A stretch of 64,000 nt of DNA, taken from NCBI GenBank assembly GCA_038211945.1, contig JBBQVA010000003.1:35081-99080 (forward strand). Reading direction: 5' to 3'. Each line of letters begins with the position of its first letter. Positions within the stretch are counted from its first letter, which is position 1. Shown here piece after piece: positions 10,127 to 19,959 of the stretch. This DNA comes from Sphingomonadales bacterium (lineage in GTDB: Bacteria > Pseudomonadota > Alphaproteobacteria > Sphingomonadales > Sphingomonadaceae). The notes below the pieces were generated by a model that worked only from the letters and a program-made list of their open reading frames with translations, was not told the origin of the DNA and did no database searches. Made by a program: the position numbers and the translations under genes.

Positions 10127-12019
10127 CTAAAGCTTCGCGCACAACGCAGGCGCGCGTGCGGCGGCGCAGAAGTCCGGCCTATGCCCCGAAGCGTGCCAAT
10201 AATCGAACAGCCCGATCTTTCTCACGAGCGCTTCAAATTCGGGAGTTTGGCGGGCGGGGGCGAGGGCGGGCCAATACAGGATGCGTAATGATCCGGGTCC
10301 GGTGACATCGATGTTCCGCCCGGCGGCGTCGACAGCCGCAACATCGCGCCCACTGGCGGCGAGTGCCATGACCATCAGCGAAGTCAGCGCGGCGGAATCG
10401 ACGGCCATCGCCTCGATCGGTGCACCAGCCGCGCGCGCTGCGGCGCGATCGCCTGTGGCAAGCGCCGCCACCAGCGGCTCCATTGCGGCACGCAGCCGCT
10501 CGTCGGGTTCGGTCGGGAGGAGCCTGCGGGCCGTCTCCCAATCGCCGCCGGAGATAGCGGCACGCAGCCAGTGCTGGTCGATGCGGCTGCGGTCGCCCCT
10601 GATCGCGGCCTCCCTCGCGAATATCGCGCGCGCCTCCCCATAGCGGCCTGTCATGCTGAGCACATCGCCTGTGGCCAGTGTGGTGATTGCGTTCCCGGGC
10701 GTGATCGCGAGATCCCTCCTATAGGCTTCCAGCGCTTCTCGCAGTCGGCCGACCGACACGAGGAAATGCCCCTGCGTCTGAAATTCATGGCCCCAGCCAG
10801 TGGGTCGCGCATGGAGGGCGCGCGCAATCAATGCATCCTTGGATTTGAAATCGGACACATTCGACAGCGTATATCGCGCCAGAAAGACTTCAGCGTTGTT
10901 CGGATCGAGCGCCTCCGCCGCCGCGGCCGCCCTCAGCCCTTCGGCGCGCAGCCCATCCGGATCATGGCCGCCTTTGCCCTTCACCCGCTCGCCGAGGAAG
11001 AAGGCCAGAGTGACCTGCGCCGAGGCAAACCGTGGCTCGGCGCGTACCGCTGACCTTAGCGCTTCAAGCTGTCGGGCTTCGTCATAGGTGTCCTTGCTGT
11101 TCTCGTCGCAATAGCTCGCCCATCCGGCAAGCGCGGCGGCGGGTTTCGGCACGGGCGGCTCGTTCGCGCCATCGATGATGCAGCGCGCGGCCCATGCCAA
11201 TTCCGAGCCGACGCCTGACAGCGGCGTATTGGCGGCAAATTGCTTTTGCGGCGTCCAGATCGCCTCCGTGACGCCCGGCGCGTGCAACTCTGCGTACAAG
11301 GTGGCGCCATCTGGCGACCCTGTCAGTCTGCCGGTCAGGCGATAGTCCGCAGCTGACCCCCGGCCAGGAATGACGCGAAACTTTTCGGGGGCGATCGCGC
11401 TGACCACCGCACTGCGCAACGTCTCTGCCGTGTCCGCGGAAACCCCCGAAGTCGCAAAGCGATCGACGGCAAGCGCAGGTGCCGCCGTTGGCCCCTGCGC
11501 ACGGTTCCACCACAGCCCCAGTGCGAGCAAGACCACGAGCCCCGCAACGACGGCGATCAGCCGGGGACGCCACATCCTGGCCGCAGGCGCGGTGGCCCCG
11601 CCGGCCGGGACGACGGTTGAACCTGGGACGACATCGAGCGCCAGCGGGCGCGCCACCGCCGATGCCACCAGCGCCACGTCGCCGATCAGCCGATAGCCGA
11701 CCTTGACGATGGTTTCGATCTGGAAGCTGCCGCCGGCACGTTCCTCCGACAGGCGGCGGAGGCGGGAGATGACGCGGTTGATGCTGTCATCGCCGACGAT
11801 CCTGCCCTCCCAGCATTGCCGGACCAAGGCGTCACGCGAAACGATGGCACCATTGGCGCGCGCCAGCACGACGAGCACCTGCATCACGCGCGGCTGCAGT
11901 GTTTCGGATGATGTGGTTGTCGTCGAAACTTGCCGGAGCGCCGGTTCGGCGGTCATCGGCCCGATACGGAATGGCATCGCCGATGCGAGGTCGATCTGGC
12001 CGGTATCGTCCACGACCAC
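10127..12019 (-). CDS. CadC/ToxR-like membrane-anchored winged-helix regulator with periplasmic TolB-N/TPR region
   Basis: LQPRVMQVLVVL..VSRDAL..WEGRIVGDDSINRVISRLRR..IETIVKVGYRL; one TM helix; TPR-like helices; start codon uncertain. Confidence 0.85.
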   Translation of the reverse strand: MVVDDTGQIDLASAMPFRIGPMTAEPALRQVSTTTTSSETLQPRVMQVLVVLARANGAIVSRDALVRQCWEGRIVGDDSINRVISRLRRLSEERAGGSFQIETIVKVGYRLIGDVALVASAVARPLALDVVPGSTVVPAGGATAPAARMWRPRLIAVVAGLVVLLALGLWWNRAQGPTAAPALAVDRFATSGVSADTAETLRSAVVSAIAPEKFRVIPGRGSAADYRLTGRLTGSPDGATLYAELHAPGVTEAIWTPQKQFAANTPLSGVGSELAWAARCIIDGANEPPVPKPAAALAGWASYCDENSKDTYDEARQLEALRSAVRAEPRFASAQVTLAFFLGERVKGKGGHDPDGLRAEGLRAAAAAEALDPNNAEVFLARYTLSNVSDFKSKDALIARALHARPTGWGHEFQTQGHFLVSVGRLREALEAYRRDLAITPGNAITTLATGDVLSMTGRYGEARAIFAREAAIRGDRSRIDQHWLRAAISGGDWETARRLLPTEPDERLRAAMEPLVAALATGDRAAARAAGAPIEAMAVDSAALTSLMVMALAASGRDVAAVDAAGRNIDVTGPGSLRILYWPALAPARQTPEFEALVRKIGLFDYWHASGHRPDFCAAARAPALCAKL

Positions 12020-12063
12020 CCCTCTCCCACTCCGACCGAGTAGGAAACAACCCCATGCTACTC

Positions 12064-12104
12064 TCAATCGTCAATAATCGGGCGATGATCGGTAAGAAAT
12101 CGGT
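12064..12104. promoter_or_regulatory. Phased direct repeats, candidate winged-helix operator
   Basis: ATCG(G) at 12067, 12077, 12088 and 12099 (spacing 10, 11, 11). Confidence 0.5.
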
Positions 12105-12189
12105 CTGACATCCTGTCGCTTTGCCCCGGCACCGCCCAACGAGGACAGGCGCTGCCTGCCACCGGGCGGCACGCAACAGGGGACAAGCC

Positions 12190-12942
12190 ATGACGATTTT
12201 CAGAACCGCACTGCTCGCAGCCGCAGCGCTCCTCACCGCATCTGGCGCGAGTGCCGCAATCCATACGATCACCCGCACCGGGTCGATCATCCATCAATAT
12301 GCGCCCGACAGCCCGGTCAATCCCGATGGCCTGACCGGCCTGCTGGACTGGCACGTCGGTGACGCCCTTTCGATGACGATCACCTATGACGATGCCGACC
12401 TCGCGCCGCTGGTTGCCGGCGGCAACACCTATCCGAACGTCTTCCTCACCAATCCGAATATCAGGGGCGTCCAGCTCGGCAACGGCAACCCTGCCAATAC
12501 CGCGCGCTACACGGTCGGTTCGCACACCGCCTCGATCACCGACGTCGGCTGCTACATGGACACCGCCTGCGAGAACAACGACGGCAATCCCTACCACAAC
12601 GAGCCGGTCGCCATCTTCTACAAGGGCGTATTCTGGGGACTGGAGGGCGTGTTCGGCGTCGGCGGTGACCCGCACCTGTTCCCGAGCATCGGCATGCAGT
12701 TGACGGCGCTGTATAATTTCGATGCCGACCTTGGCGGCTTTTTCGATTTCGGTGGCCCCAAGCGCTTCGATTACGTCCTGCTGCAGGATGCGTCGGTCCG
12801 CAATCTGGTGTTCGCAGGGGTTTTCGACACACCGGGCATCGCCGCCATCCCCGAACCCGCCAGCTGGGCCATGCTGATCGCGGGGTTCGGGCTGACCGGG
12901 GCGGTCTTGCGGCGCAGGAAGGTCCAGCTCAGCATCGTGTGA
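12190..12942 (+). CDS. Exported PEP-CTERM (PEPxxWA) protein of unknown function
   Basis: Signal peptide MTIFRTALLAAAALLTASGASA; C-terminal IPEPASWAMLIAGFGLTGAVLRRRK. Confidence 0.9.
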   Translation: MTIFRTALLAAAALLTASGASAAIHTITRTGSIIHQYAPDSPVNPDGLTGLLDWHVGDALSMTITYDDADLAPLVAGGNTYPNVFLTNPNIRGVQLGNGNPANTARYTVGSHTASITDVGCYMDTACENNDGNPYHNEPVAIFYKGVFWGLEGVFGVGGDPHLFPSIGMQLTALYNFDADLGGFFDFGGPKRFDYVLLQDASVRNLVFAGVFDTPGIAAIPEPASWAMLIAGFGLTGAVLRRRKVQLSIV

Positions 12943-12963
12943 CCCGATCCCCTTCAGCGCAAC

Positions 12964-12991
12964 GAGCGCCGCCGATCAAAAGGCGGCGCTC
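12964..12991. terminator. GC-rich hairpin between convergent genes
   Basis: GAGCGCCGCC-N8-GGCGGCGCTC perfect stem, no U tract. Confidence 0.55.
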
Positions 12992-12993
12992 CC

Positions 12994-14817
12994 TCACTCC
13001 ACCGTCACACTCTTCGCCAAATTGCGCGGCTGGTCGACGTCTGTCCCCTTTGCCACCGCGACGTGATAGGCCAGCAACTGCACCGGCACGGCATACACCA
13101 GCGGCGCGATCAGGGGGTGCACCGTCGGCATTTCGATGGTCGCCATTGCATGTGACCCGGCCTCCTCGATGCCTGCCTTGTCGGAGATCAGCACGACCTT
13201 GGCACCGCGCGCCATCGCTTCGTGCATGTTGCTGACGGTCTTTTCAAACAATGGCCCGGCGGGGGCGATGACGATCAGCGGAACGTTTTCGTCGATCAGC
13301 GCGATTGGACCGTGCTTCATCTCGCCGCTGGCATAGCCTTCGGCGTGGATGTAGCTGATTTCCTTGAGCTTCAGCGCGCCCTCGAGCGCCAGCGGGTAAT
13401 CCTGGCCGCGCCCCAGGTACAGCACGTCGCGGGCGCTCGCGATGGTGTGGGCCATCGCCTCGATATCGCGGTCGTGGGCCAGCGCGGCGTTGATTGCGGC
13501 GGGGGCCTCGGTCAGGTGCCGGACGATCTCGCGCTCGTCCTCGCGGGATAGCTTGCCCTTGGCGCGCGCCAGATTGACCGCCAGTGCCGCCATAACCGCA
13601 AGCTGGCAGGTGAAGGCCTTGGTCGAGGCGACGCCGATTTCCGGCCCGGCGTGGGTCGGCAGCAGCAGATCGACCTCACGCGCCATCGACGACGTCGGTA
13701 CGTTGATGATGCCCGCCGTGGTCAAGCCATTGGCTTTCATGTGGCGCAGTGCGGCGAGCGTGTCGGCGGTCTCGCCAGACTGGCTCACGACGACGCCAAG
13801 CATATCGGGCGACAGCACGGGGTCGCGGTAGCGGAACTCCGATGCGACATCGACCTCAACGGGAACGCGCGCTAGCTGTTCGATCCAGTATTTGCCGATC
13901 ATGCCAACGTACGATGCGGTGCCGCAGGCGACAATGGCGACGCGGCTGACCCCGGCCAAGTCGAAATCCATCTGCGGCAGCGCGACCTGCTCTTCAAGCG
14001 GGCGCAGGTACGACCGCAGCGTCTGGGCGACGACGATGGGCTGTTCGTAGATTTCCTTCTGCATGAAGTGGCGGTGGTTGCCCTTGGTCACTGCAAGGCC
14101 GGTGATGCCCGAGATCGTTATTTCGCGGGTAACCGGGAAGTTGTTGCGGTCGTGGATTGCCGCGCCGTCGCGGGTGATGACGACCCAGTCGCCCTCCTCC
14201 AGATAGGCGATGCGCTGGGTCAGCGGGGCGAGCGCGAGCGCGTCGGAGCCGAGATAGGTCTCGCCATCGCCATAGCCGACGACTAGCGGCGAGCCGAGCC
14301 GCGCGCCGATCAGCAAATCCGGGTGCTGACGAAAGGCGATGGCGAGCGCGAAGGCACCGCGTAGCATCGGCAGCACGGCGGTGACGGCGTCCTGCGGGGC
14401 GGCCCCGCCCTCCACCTGTTCGGAGATCAGGTGGGCAACGACCTCGGTATCGGTCTGGCTGTAGAAAACCCGCCCGCGCGCCTCCAACGCCTCTCGCAGC
14501 GGCTTGAAATTCTCGATGATGCCGTTGTGGACGAGTGCGACTTCTGCCGTCGCGTGGGGGTGGGCGTTGGCGGTGTTGGGGACGCCGTGGGTCGCCCAGC
14601 GGGTATGCGCGATGCCGGTGTCGCCGGGGGCGGGATCGGCGGCGAGAACCTTGGCGAGGTTGACCAGTTTGCCCTCGGCACGCCGGCGGATGAGTTGATG
14701 ATCGAAGACCGTGCAGATACCGGCGGAATCATACCCCCGATATTCCATCCGCTTGAGCCCGTCCCACAGCCGGTCCGCCACGGGTTCCTTGCCGACGATG
14801 CCGATGATGCCGCACAT
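12994..14817 (-). CDS. glmS: Glutamine--fructose-6-phosphate aminotransferase
   Basis: MCGIIG, EYRGYDSAG, HTRWATHG, SQSGETADT, DQPRNLAKSVTVE. Confidence 0.98.
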   Translation of the reverse strand: MCGIIGIVGKEPVADRLWDGLKRMEYRGYDSAGICTVFDHQLIRRRAEGKLVNLAKVLAADPAPGDTGIAHTRWATHGVPNTANAHPHATAEVALVHNGIIENFKPLREALEARGRVFYSQTDTEVVAHLISEQVEGGAAPQDAVTAVLPMLRGAFALAIAFRQHPDLLIGARLGSPLVVGYGDGETYLGSDALALAPLTQRIAYLEEGDWVVITRDGAAIHDRNNFPVTREITISGITGLAVTKGNHRHFMQKEIYEQPIVVAQTLRSYLRPLEEQVALPQMDFDLAGVSRVAIVACGTASYVGMIGKYWIEQLARVPVEVDVASEFRYRDPVLSPDMLGVVVSQSGETADTLAALRHMKANGLTTAGIINVPTSSMAREVDLLLPTHAGPEIGVASTKAFTCQLAVMAALAVNLARAKGKLSREDEREIVRHLTEAPAAINAALAHDRDIEAMAHTIASARDVLYLGRGQDYPLALEGALKLKEISYIHAEGYASGEMKHGPIALIDENVPLIVIAPAGPLFEKTVSNMHEAMARGAKVVLISDKAGIEEAGSHAMATIEMPTVHPLIAPLVYAVPVQLLAYHVAVAKGTDVDQPRNLAKSVTVE

Positions 14818-14831
14818 GGGGGAAACTTTCG

Positions 14832-15197
14832 TTAGAGCGTGTAGGGAATGCGGACGCCCGGCATCTGCGCCGGGAAATCTTTGGTATTGCGGGTCACAAG
14901 GATTGCGCCGTTCACCTGCGCTGTCGCCAGGATATAGGCGTCAATTAGCTTCATCCGGCTGCGGTGGCGAATATCTGCAGCGGCCAAGGCGATGCGTTGA
15001 TCGACGTCCACGATTTCAAACGCTGCAATCACCTGCTGCATGGCGCTCCGCCCTTCGAGCGGCTCACCGGCCAATATCTCGGTCCATACGATCCGGCTAA
15101 TCCGGTGGCGGGTATAGCGCGCCAACTCATTCGTCGCCGCCTGTGAATCGTTCAGCCAATCGATAACGATATTGGTGTCGAAAAACGGGTCCGACAC
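14832..15197 (-). CDS. vapC: VapC-family PIN domain toxin
   Basis: FFDTNIVID, EILAG, KLIDAYILATA, LVTRNTKDF. Confidence 0.92.
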   Translation of the reverse strand: MSDPFFDTNIVIDWLNDSQAATNELARYTRHRISRIVWTEILAGEPLEGRSAMQQVIAAFEIVDVDQRIALAAADIRHRSRMKLIDAYILATAQVNGAILVTRNTKDFPAQMPGVRIPYTL

Positions 15198-15200
15198 GGT

Positions 15201-15446
15201 TCAGATTTGGTCATAGGGTGTGCGGTCTTCACGAATAGACAGCTGATATTCCAAACCATCGCGGATATCGTCGCGATCTTTCCAATACCCGCGACCGCGC
15301 TCGATCCAGTCCTTATTGGCGGTGTTGTGAACGAGATAAAGCTTTACGGCGTCCCGCAACGCCGATGCGCGCGACCGCTTTTCGGACGCCGCCAGCGCGT
15401 CGAGCTTTTCGAGGTCGTCGTCGGGGATGTCGGCTAAGATGCGCAT
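15201..15446 (-). CDS. Ribbon-helix-helix (CopG-like) antitoxin
   Basis: MRILADIPDDDLEKLDALA..SRASALRDAV, directly upstream of the PIN gene. Confidence 0.88.
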   Translation of the reverse strand: MRILADIPDDDLEKLDALAASEKRSRASALRDAVKLYLVHNTANKDWIERGRGYWKDRDDIRDGLEYQLSIREDRTPYDQI

Positions 15447-15452
15447 GATATA

Positions 15453-15483
15453 CTGATATCATATCACGATATCAGGCTGTCAA
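15453..15483 (-). promoter_or_regulatory. TA promoter with autoregulatory operator
   Basis: TTGACA overlapping the glmU stop; inverted repeat CTGATATC-N7-GATATCAG at 15453-15475. Confidence 0.7.
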
Positions 15484-16826
15484 GCCTTCTTCTTCGCCAA
15501 CATCGCCGCCCGAAACCGCGCGGCCCAGCCCGGCTTTGCCACCTGCGGCGGGCGGACCAGCGCAAGAGCATCAACCGGGACGTCCGTCGTCACCACGCTA
15601 CCCGCGCCGACGATCGCTCCCGCGCCGATGGTCACCGGGGCAACGAGTGCGCTGTTCGAGCCGATGAAGGCGCCGTCACCGATGACGGTCGGGTATTTGA
15701 AGAAGCCGTCGTAGTTGCAGGTGATCGTGCCCGCGCCGATGTTGGCCTTGGCACCGATGCTCGCGTCGCCGATGTAGCTCAGATGGTTGGCCTTGGCTCC
15801 AGCGGCGAAACTGGCTTTCTTGGTCTCGACGAAATTGCCGATTTTGACGTTGGCGGCGAGCATCGTGCCGGGGCGGAGGCGGGCGTAAGGTCCGATTTCG
15901 CAATTTTCGGCGATGGTCGCACCCTCGATATGACTGTGGGCGCGGATCGTGGTGCCACTGCCGACGCTCACCCCAGGGCCAAAGACTACGAACGGTTCGA
16001 TGGTGATGTCGCGGGCGACAGCGGTGTCGTAGGCCAAGAACACGCTGCCCGGATCGATCAGGGTGACGCCGTCCGCCATCATCGCAGCACGGCGGGCGGC
16101 CTGCCAGCGCGCCTCCATCGCGGCGAGTTCGGCGCGGCTGTTGACCCCGGCAACTTCGTCGGCACCGGTCTCAATAACGCGGCTCGGGTGGCCGTCTTGG
16201 GCCGCAAGTTTGACGATGTCGGGCAAATAATATTCGCTCGCGGCATTGTCGTTGGTGACGCGCGCCAGCAGCCGCCACAGAGCGGCCGACCGCGCGGCCA
16301 TAATCCCGCTGTTGCAAAGTGTTACGGCGCGTTCGGCGTCACTGGCGTCCTTATATTCGACCATCGTTTCGATGACGCCATCAGTGGCAATGATCCGCCC
16401 ATAGGCCCCGGCATCGACAGGCCGGAAGCCCAGCACTGCCGCGCCCGCCGAATGCTTGAGTGCATCAAGAAGTGCGCGCATCGTCGTCGCCGTCACCAGC
16501 GGCACATCGCCGTAAAGGATCAGCACATCGCCGTTGAAGCCGGCCAGCGCCGCCTCCGCCTGCAGCACCGCGTGCCCGGTGCCGAGTTGCGGCGACTGAA
16601 CGGCGACGCTCGCACCGCGCGGCGCGACGGTCGCCTCGACCTGCTCGCGATTCGCGCCGACGACGACGACGGTGCGCTCTGGCGAAAGTTCGTTCAGGCT
16701 GTCCAATAAATGCAACAGCATCGGCTTAGCAGCGATGGGATGCAGAACCTTGTGCAACGAAGACTTCATCCGCGTCCCCTGTCCAGCGGCGAGGACGATG
16801 GCGGCGAGCGGGCGGGCGGTGGTCAC
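15480..16826 (-). CDS. glmU: Bifunctional GlcNAc-1-P uridyltransferase/acetyltransferase
   Basis: LAAGQGTRMKS, LYGDVP, EYYLPD, hexapeptide repeats, GNFVETKK, HLSYIGD. Confidence 0.97.
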   Translation of the reverse strand: MTTARPLAAIVLAAGQGTRMKSSLHKVLHPIAAKPMLLHLLDSLNELSPERTVVVVGANREQVEATVAPRGASVAVQSPQLGTGHAVLQAEAALAGFNGDVLILYGDVPLVTATTMRALLDALKHSAGAAVLGFRPVDAGAYGRIIATDGVIETMVEYKDASDAERAVTLCNSGIMAARSAALWRLLARVTNDNAASEYYLPDIVKLAAQDGHPSRVIETGADEVAGVNSRAELAAMEARWQAARRAAMMADGVTLIDPGSVFLAYDTAVARDITIEPFVVFGPGVSVGSGTTIRAHSHIEGATIAENCEIGPYARLRPGTMLAANVKIGNFVETKKASFAAGAKANHLSYIGDASIGAKANIGAGTITCNYDGFFKYPTVIGDGAFIGSNSALVAPVTIGAGAIVGAGSVVTTDVPVDALALVRPPQVAKPGWAARFRAAMLAKKKA

Positions 16827-16871
16827 AACGGCGCGCTTGCCATAGCGGCCCGGCCTTGGGAAGCTGTGCCG

Positions 16872-17543
16872 ATGCAACGTCTTCCGGCCACCATCATCTT
16901 CGATCTCGACGGCACCCTTGTGGATACCGCGCCCGATCTGTGCGCGTCGCTCAATCATGCGCTCAGCGTGCTGGGGCGACCGGGAGTTCCGGCGGTTGAT
17001 GTGAGGCATATGGTCGGGCACGGTGCGAGGCGGCTGCTGGGGCAAGGACTGGCGGCCAGTGGCGCGGCGACACCAGAATTGGTGGAGGCCGGGATGATTC
17101 CGTTCCTCGCTTATTACCGCGATCATATCGCCGATGCATCGCGCCCTTATCCAGGGGTGGAAGCGGCGTTGGATGCCCTGTCGGAGGCTGGGTGCAAGCT
17201 GGCCATCTGCACCAACAAACCGGTAGCACTGTCTGTGGCATTAATCTCGGCGTTGGGCTGGTCGGAACGGTTCGCCGCCAACATCGGTTTCGATAGCGTG
17301 CCCAGCCCCAAGCCTGATCCCGCCCATCTGTTCGAGGCGATCGCGGCAGCGGGCGGGAACCCCATGGACGCGGTCTTTATCGGCGATTCGATCACCGACA
17401 CGACGACCGCCCGGGCGGCGCGCGTCCCATGCATCGCGGTCAGTTTCGGTTTTGCCGACCGGCCACCGGTCGAACTGGGGGCAGATGCGCTGATCGATCA
17501 TTATGACCAACTGGTCCCGGCACTGCGGAGCCTGGCGCGATGA
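16872..17543 (+). CDS. gph: HAD phosphatase, phosphoglycolate phosphatase-like
   Basis: FDLDGTLVDT, CTNK, KPDP, IGDS; divergent from glmU. Confidence 0.85.
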   Translation: MQRLPATIIFDLDGTLVDTAPDLCASLNHALSVLGRPGVPAVDVRHMVGHGARRLLGQGLAASGAATPELVEAGMIPFLAYYRDHIADASRPYPGVEAALDALSEAGCKLAICTNKPVALSVALISALGWSERFAANIGFDSVPSPKPDPAHLFEAIAAAGGNPMDAVFIGDSITDTTTARAARVPCIAVSFGFADRPPVELGADALIDHYDQLVPALRSLAR

Positions 17544-18748
17544 CGCTGGCGATGCCGGTGCTGGCGGTCACGGCGGTGCTGCTGGTCGCGCTGGGCTGGT
17601 GGCTGGCCCAGGTCTATGGGCCGCTCCGCGAGGCGACAGCGGCGGCCGTGGACCCGTTGCCGCTGCCCATACCAGCGGTGTTCTCCGCCGATTCGATCAC
17701 CATTGATGCGCTTGCCGATCCGGTGCTGATTGTCGCGGGCGACCGTGCGATTGCCGCGAATGCCCCGGCGCGGGCCCTGTTTGGCGCGCGCGTCGAAGGT
17801 GGCGACCTGCGCATGGCGGTACGGCATCCGGGTGTCCTCGAAACCATCGCGCAGGCGCGCAGCGGCGGCATCACCATCGAGCGCGAAATCACCGGTATCG
17901 GCCAAGGCAACAGTGCCTACCGCGTCCGTGCGGTTGACGCCGGCGAGGGGCGGACGCTGGTGACCTTTGCCGACATCACCCAGGCCCGGCTGACCGAGCG
18001 GATGCGTGTCGATTTCGTCGCCAACGCCAGCCACGAACTGCGCACCCCGCTGGCGACGCTGAGCGGTTTCATCGAAACGCTGCAGGGTCCGGCCGCCGAC
18101 GACGAACCGGCGCGGTCACGGTTTCTCGACATCATGGCGCGCGAAGCGGGGCGGATGTCACGGCTGATCGACGATTTGCTGTCACTGTCGCGAATCGAGC
18201 TCGACAAGCATGTGCGGCCGCAGGCGGTCCTCGATCTGCCGGGGCTGATCGCCGATGTCGGCAAGACGCTGGCGATGCGCCTCGATTCGGATGAACGCCA
18301 ACTCGTCATCGAGGAGGCTGCGGACCTGCCGCCGGTCGTCGCCGACCGTGATCAGGTGCTCCAGGTCCTGCACAATCTGATCTCCAACGCGCTGAAATAT
18401 GGGCGCAGCGGCTCACCGATCACCGTCAGCGCTGTTGCCGAACCAGCGCATGGCGGCGAACCGGCCACGGTCCTGCTGACTGTTCTCGACCAATCCGAGG
18501 GCATCGCTCCTGAACATCTGCCGCGACTGACCGAACGTTTCTATCGGGTTGATTCGCTGCGCTCGCGCCGCATGGGCGGCACCGGGCTTGGCCTCGCCAT
18601 CGTCAAGCACATCGTGGAGCGACACCGCGGCAAACTTGAAATCGACAGCCGCCCCGGCGAAGGCACCCGTGTATCCTTCACACTCATCCAGGCCGACCCG
18701 GCGACAATCGAGGCCTTTGGCAAGAGTTTGGAAACGGCTGTCACGTGA
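17540..18748 (+). CDS. phoR: Phosphate regulon sensor kinase
   Basis: DFVANASHELRTPL, ERFYRVD, GGTGLGLAIVKH; upstream of pst genes. Confidence 0.93.
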   Translation: MTLAMPVLAVTAVLLVALGWWLAQVYGPLREATAAAVDPLPLPIPAVFSADSITIDALADPVLIVAGDRAIAANAPARALFGARVEGGDLRMAVRHPGVLETIAQARSGGITIEREITGIGQGNSAYRVRAVDAGEGRTLVTFADITQARLTERMRVDFVANASHELRTPLATLSGFIETLQGPAADDEPARSRFLDIMAREAGRMSRLIDDLLSLSRIELDKHVRPQAVLDLPGLIADVGKTLAMRLDSDERQLVIEEAADLPPVVADRDQVLQVLHNLISNALKYGRSGSPITVSAVAEPAHGGEPATVLLTVLDQSEGIAPEHLPRLTERFYRVDSLRSRRMGGTGLGLAIVKHIVERHRGKLEIDSRPGEGTRVSFTLIQADPATIEAFGKSLETAVT

Positions 18749-18766
18749 CTGACATATAACCGTCAT
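18738..18766 (+). promoter_or_regulatory. Pho box (three 11-bp repeats)
   Basis: CTGTCAC-GTGA-CTGACAT-ATAA-CCGTCAT upstream of pstS matches the PhoB consensus. Confidence 0.88.
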
Positions 18767-18868
18767 AGAAGCTGCACCCATGGCCGCTAAGCGGTTTGCG
18801 CGGGGGCTCGGAACAATCCGGCCTGGAAGCGCGGGTCCCAGTACCCGGCGGCAACGAGGAGATCATAC

Positions 18869-19888
18869 ATGACCTACAAGATTTTGCTGGCTGCGAGTTG
18901 CGCTGCCATGACCCTTGCGACCCCGGTCGCGGCTGCCGAAATTACCGGTGCGGGTGCCAGCTTCCCGGCACCACTGTATGCCAAATGGGGTTCGGCCTAT
19001 AAGGCGGCGACCAATAATACCGTCAATTACCAGTCGATCGGTTCGGGTGCCGGACAGGCGCAGATCAAGGCGCGCACCGTCGATTTCGGCGCGACCGATG
19101 ATCCCATGAAGACCGAGGACATCGCCGCCAACGGCCTCGTCCAGTTCCCTGCCGTGATCGGTTCGGAAGTCATCATCATTAATATTCCCGGCGTCGCCAG
19201 CGGCCAGCTGAAGCTGACCCCGGCGGTCCTCGCCGACATCTATCAGGGCAAGATCACCAAGTGGGACGATGCCCAGATCATGGCGCTCAACAAGGGCGTC
19301 AAGCTGCGTCCGATGCCGATCACCCCGGTCTATCGCTCCGATTCGTCGGGTACGACCGCGATCTTCACCAATTACCTGACCAAGGCGGCCAAGAACTGGA
19401 CGCTGGGTGCAGGCAAGACGATCAGCTGGCCAGCGGGTTCAGGCGGCAAGGGTAATGACGGCGTTGCCGGCAACGTCAAAAACACGGTCGGCGCGATTGG
19501 CTATGTCGAATTCAACTATGCCTTTGCCAACAAGCTGCCGGTGACCAAGCTCGCCAACGCTGACGGCAAGTTCATCGATCCGACCCCGGCGACCTTCAAC
19601 GCTGCCGCGTCGCAGGCCGATTGGGCCAAGGCTCCCAACGCCGTCGCCAACATGCTGAACCTGCCGGGCGCCAACACCTGGCCGATTGTCAGCGCGACCT
19701 ACATCCTGGTGCCGGCCCATCCGACAGACGCCGCCAAGACCACCGAAGTGCTGAACTTCTTTAACTGGAACCTGAAGAGCGGTGCAGGTCTGGCGACCGA
19801 ACTCGGCTATTTGCCGCTGCCGTCAGCGGCGATCATGCGTGTGCGTGCCGAATGGAAGGGCATCTCCGGCGTCACCCAGCCGAAGTAA
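18869..19888 (+). CDS. pstS: Phosphate ABC substrate-binding protein
   Basis: GAGASFPAPLY, YQSIGSGAG, RSDSSGTT. Confidence 0.97.
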   Translation: MTYKILLAASCAAMTLATPVAAAEITGAGASFPAPLYAKWGSAYKAATNNTVNYQSIGSGAGQAQIKARTVDFGATDDPMKTEDIAANGLVQFPAVIGSEVIIINIPGVASGQLKLTPAVLADIYQGKITKWDDAQIMALNKGVKLRPMPITPVYRSDSSGTTAIFTNYLTKAAKNWTLGAGKTISWPAGSGGKGNDGVAGNVKNTVGAIGYVEFNYAFANKLPVTKLANADGKFIDPTPATFNAAASQADWAKAPNAVANMLNLPGANTWPIVSATYILVPAHPTDAAKTTEVLNFFNWNLKSGAGLATELGYLPLPSAAIMRVRAEWKGISGVTQPK

Positions 19889-19904
19889 GCGTTACAACCC
19901 AATG

Positions 19905-19930
19905 GCGGGCGCGGCTTCGGCTGCGCCCGC
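19905..19930 (+). other. Intercistronic hairpin after pstS (mRNA stabiliser or attenuator)
   Basis: GCGGGCGCGGC-TTCG-GCTGCGCCCGC. Confidence 0.55.
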
Positions 19931-19959
19931 ACTTCGCTAGCCGATGAGCATCGATCTGC

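Noticed and set aside
16827-17126. N-terminal extension of glmU in the ORF track
   Set aside because: It overlaps the divergent gph gene; homology starts at GTG 16826
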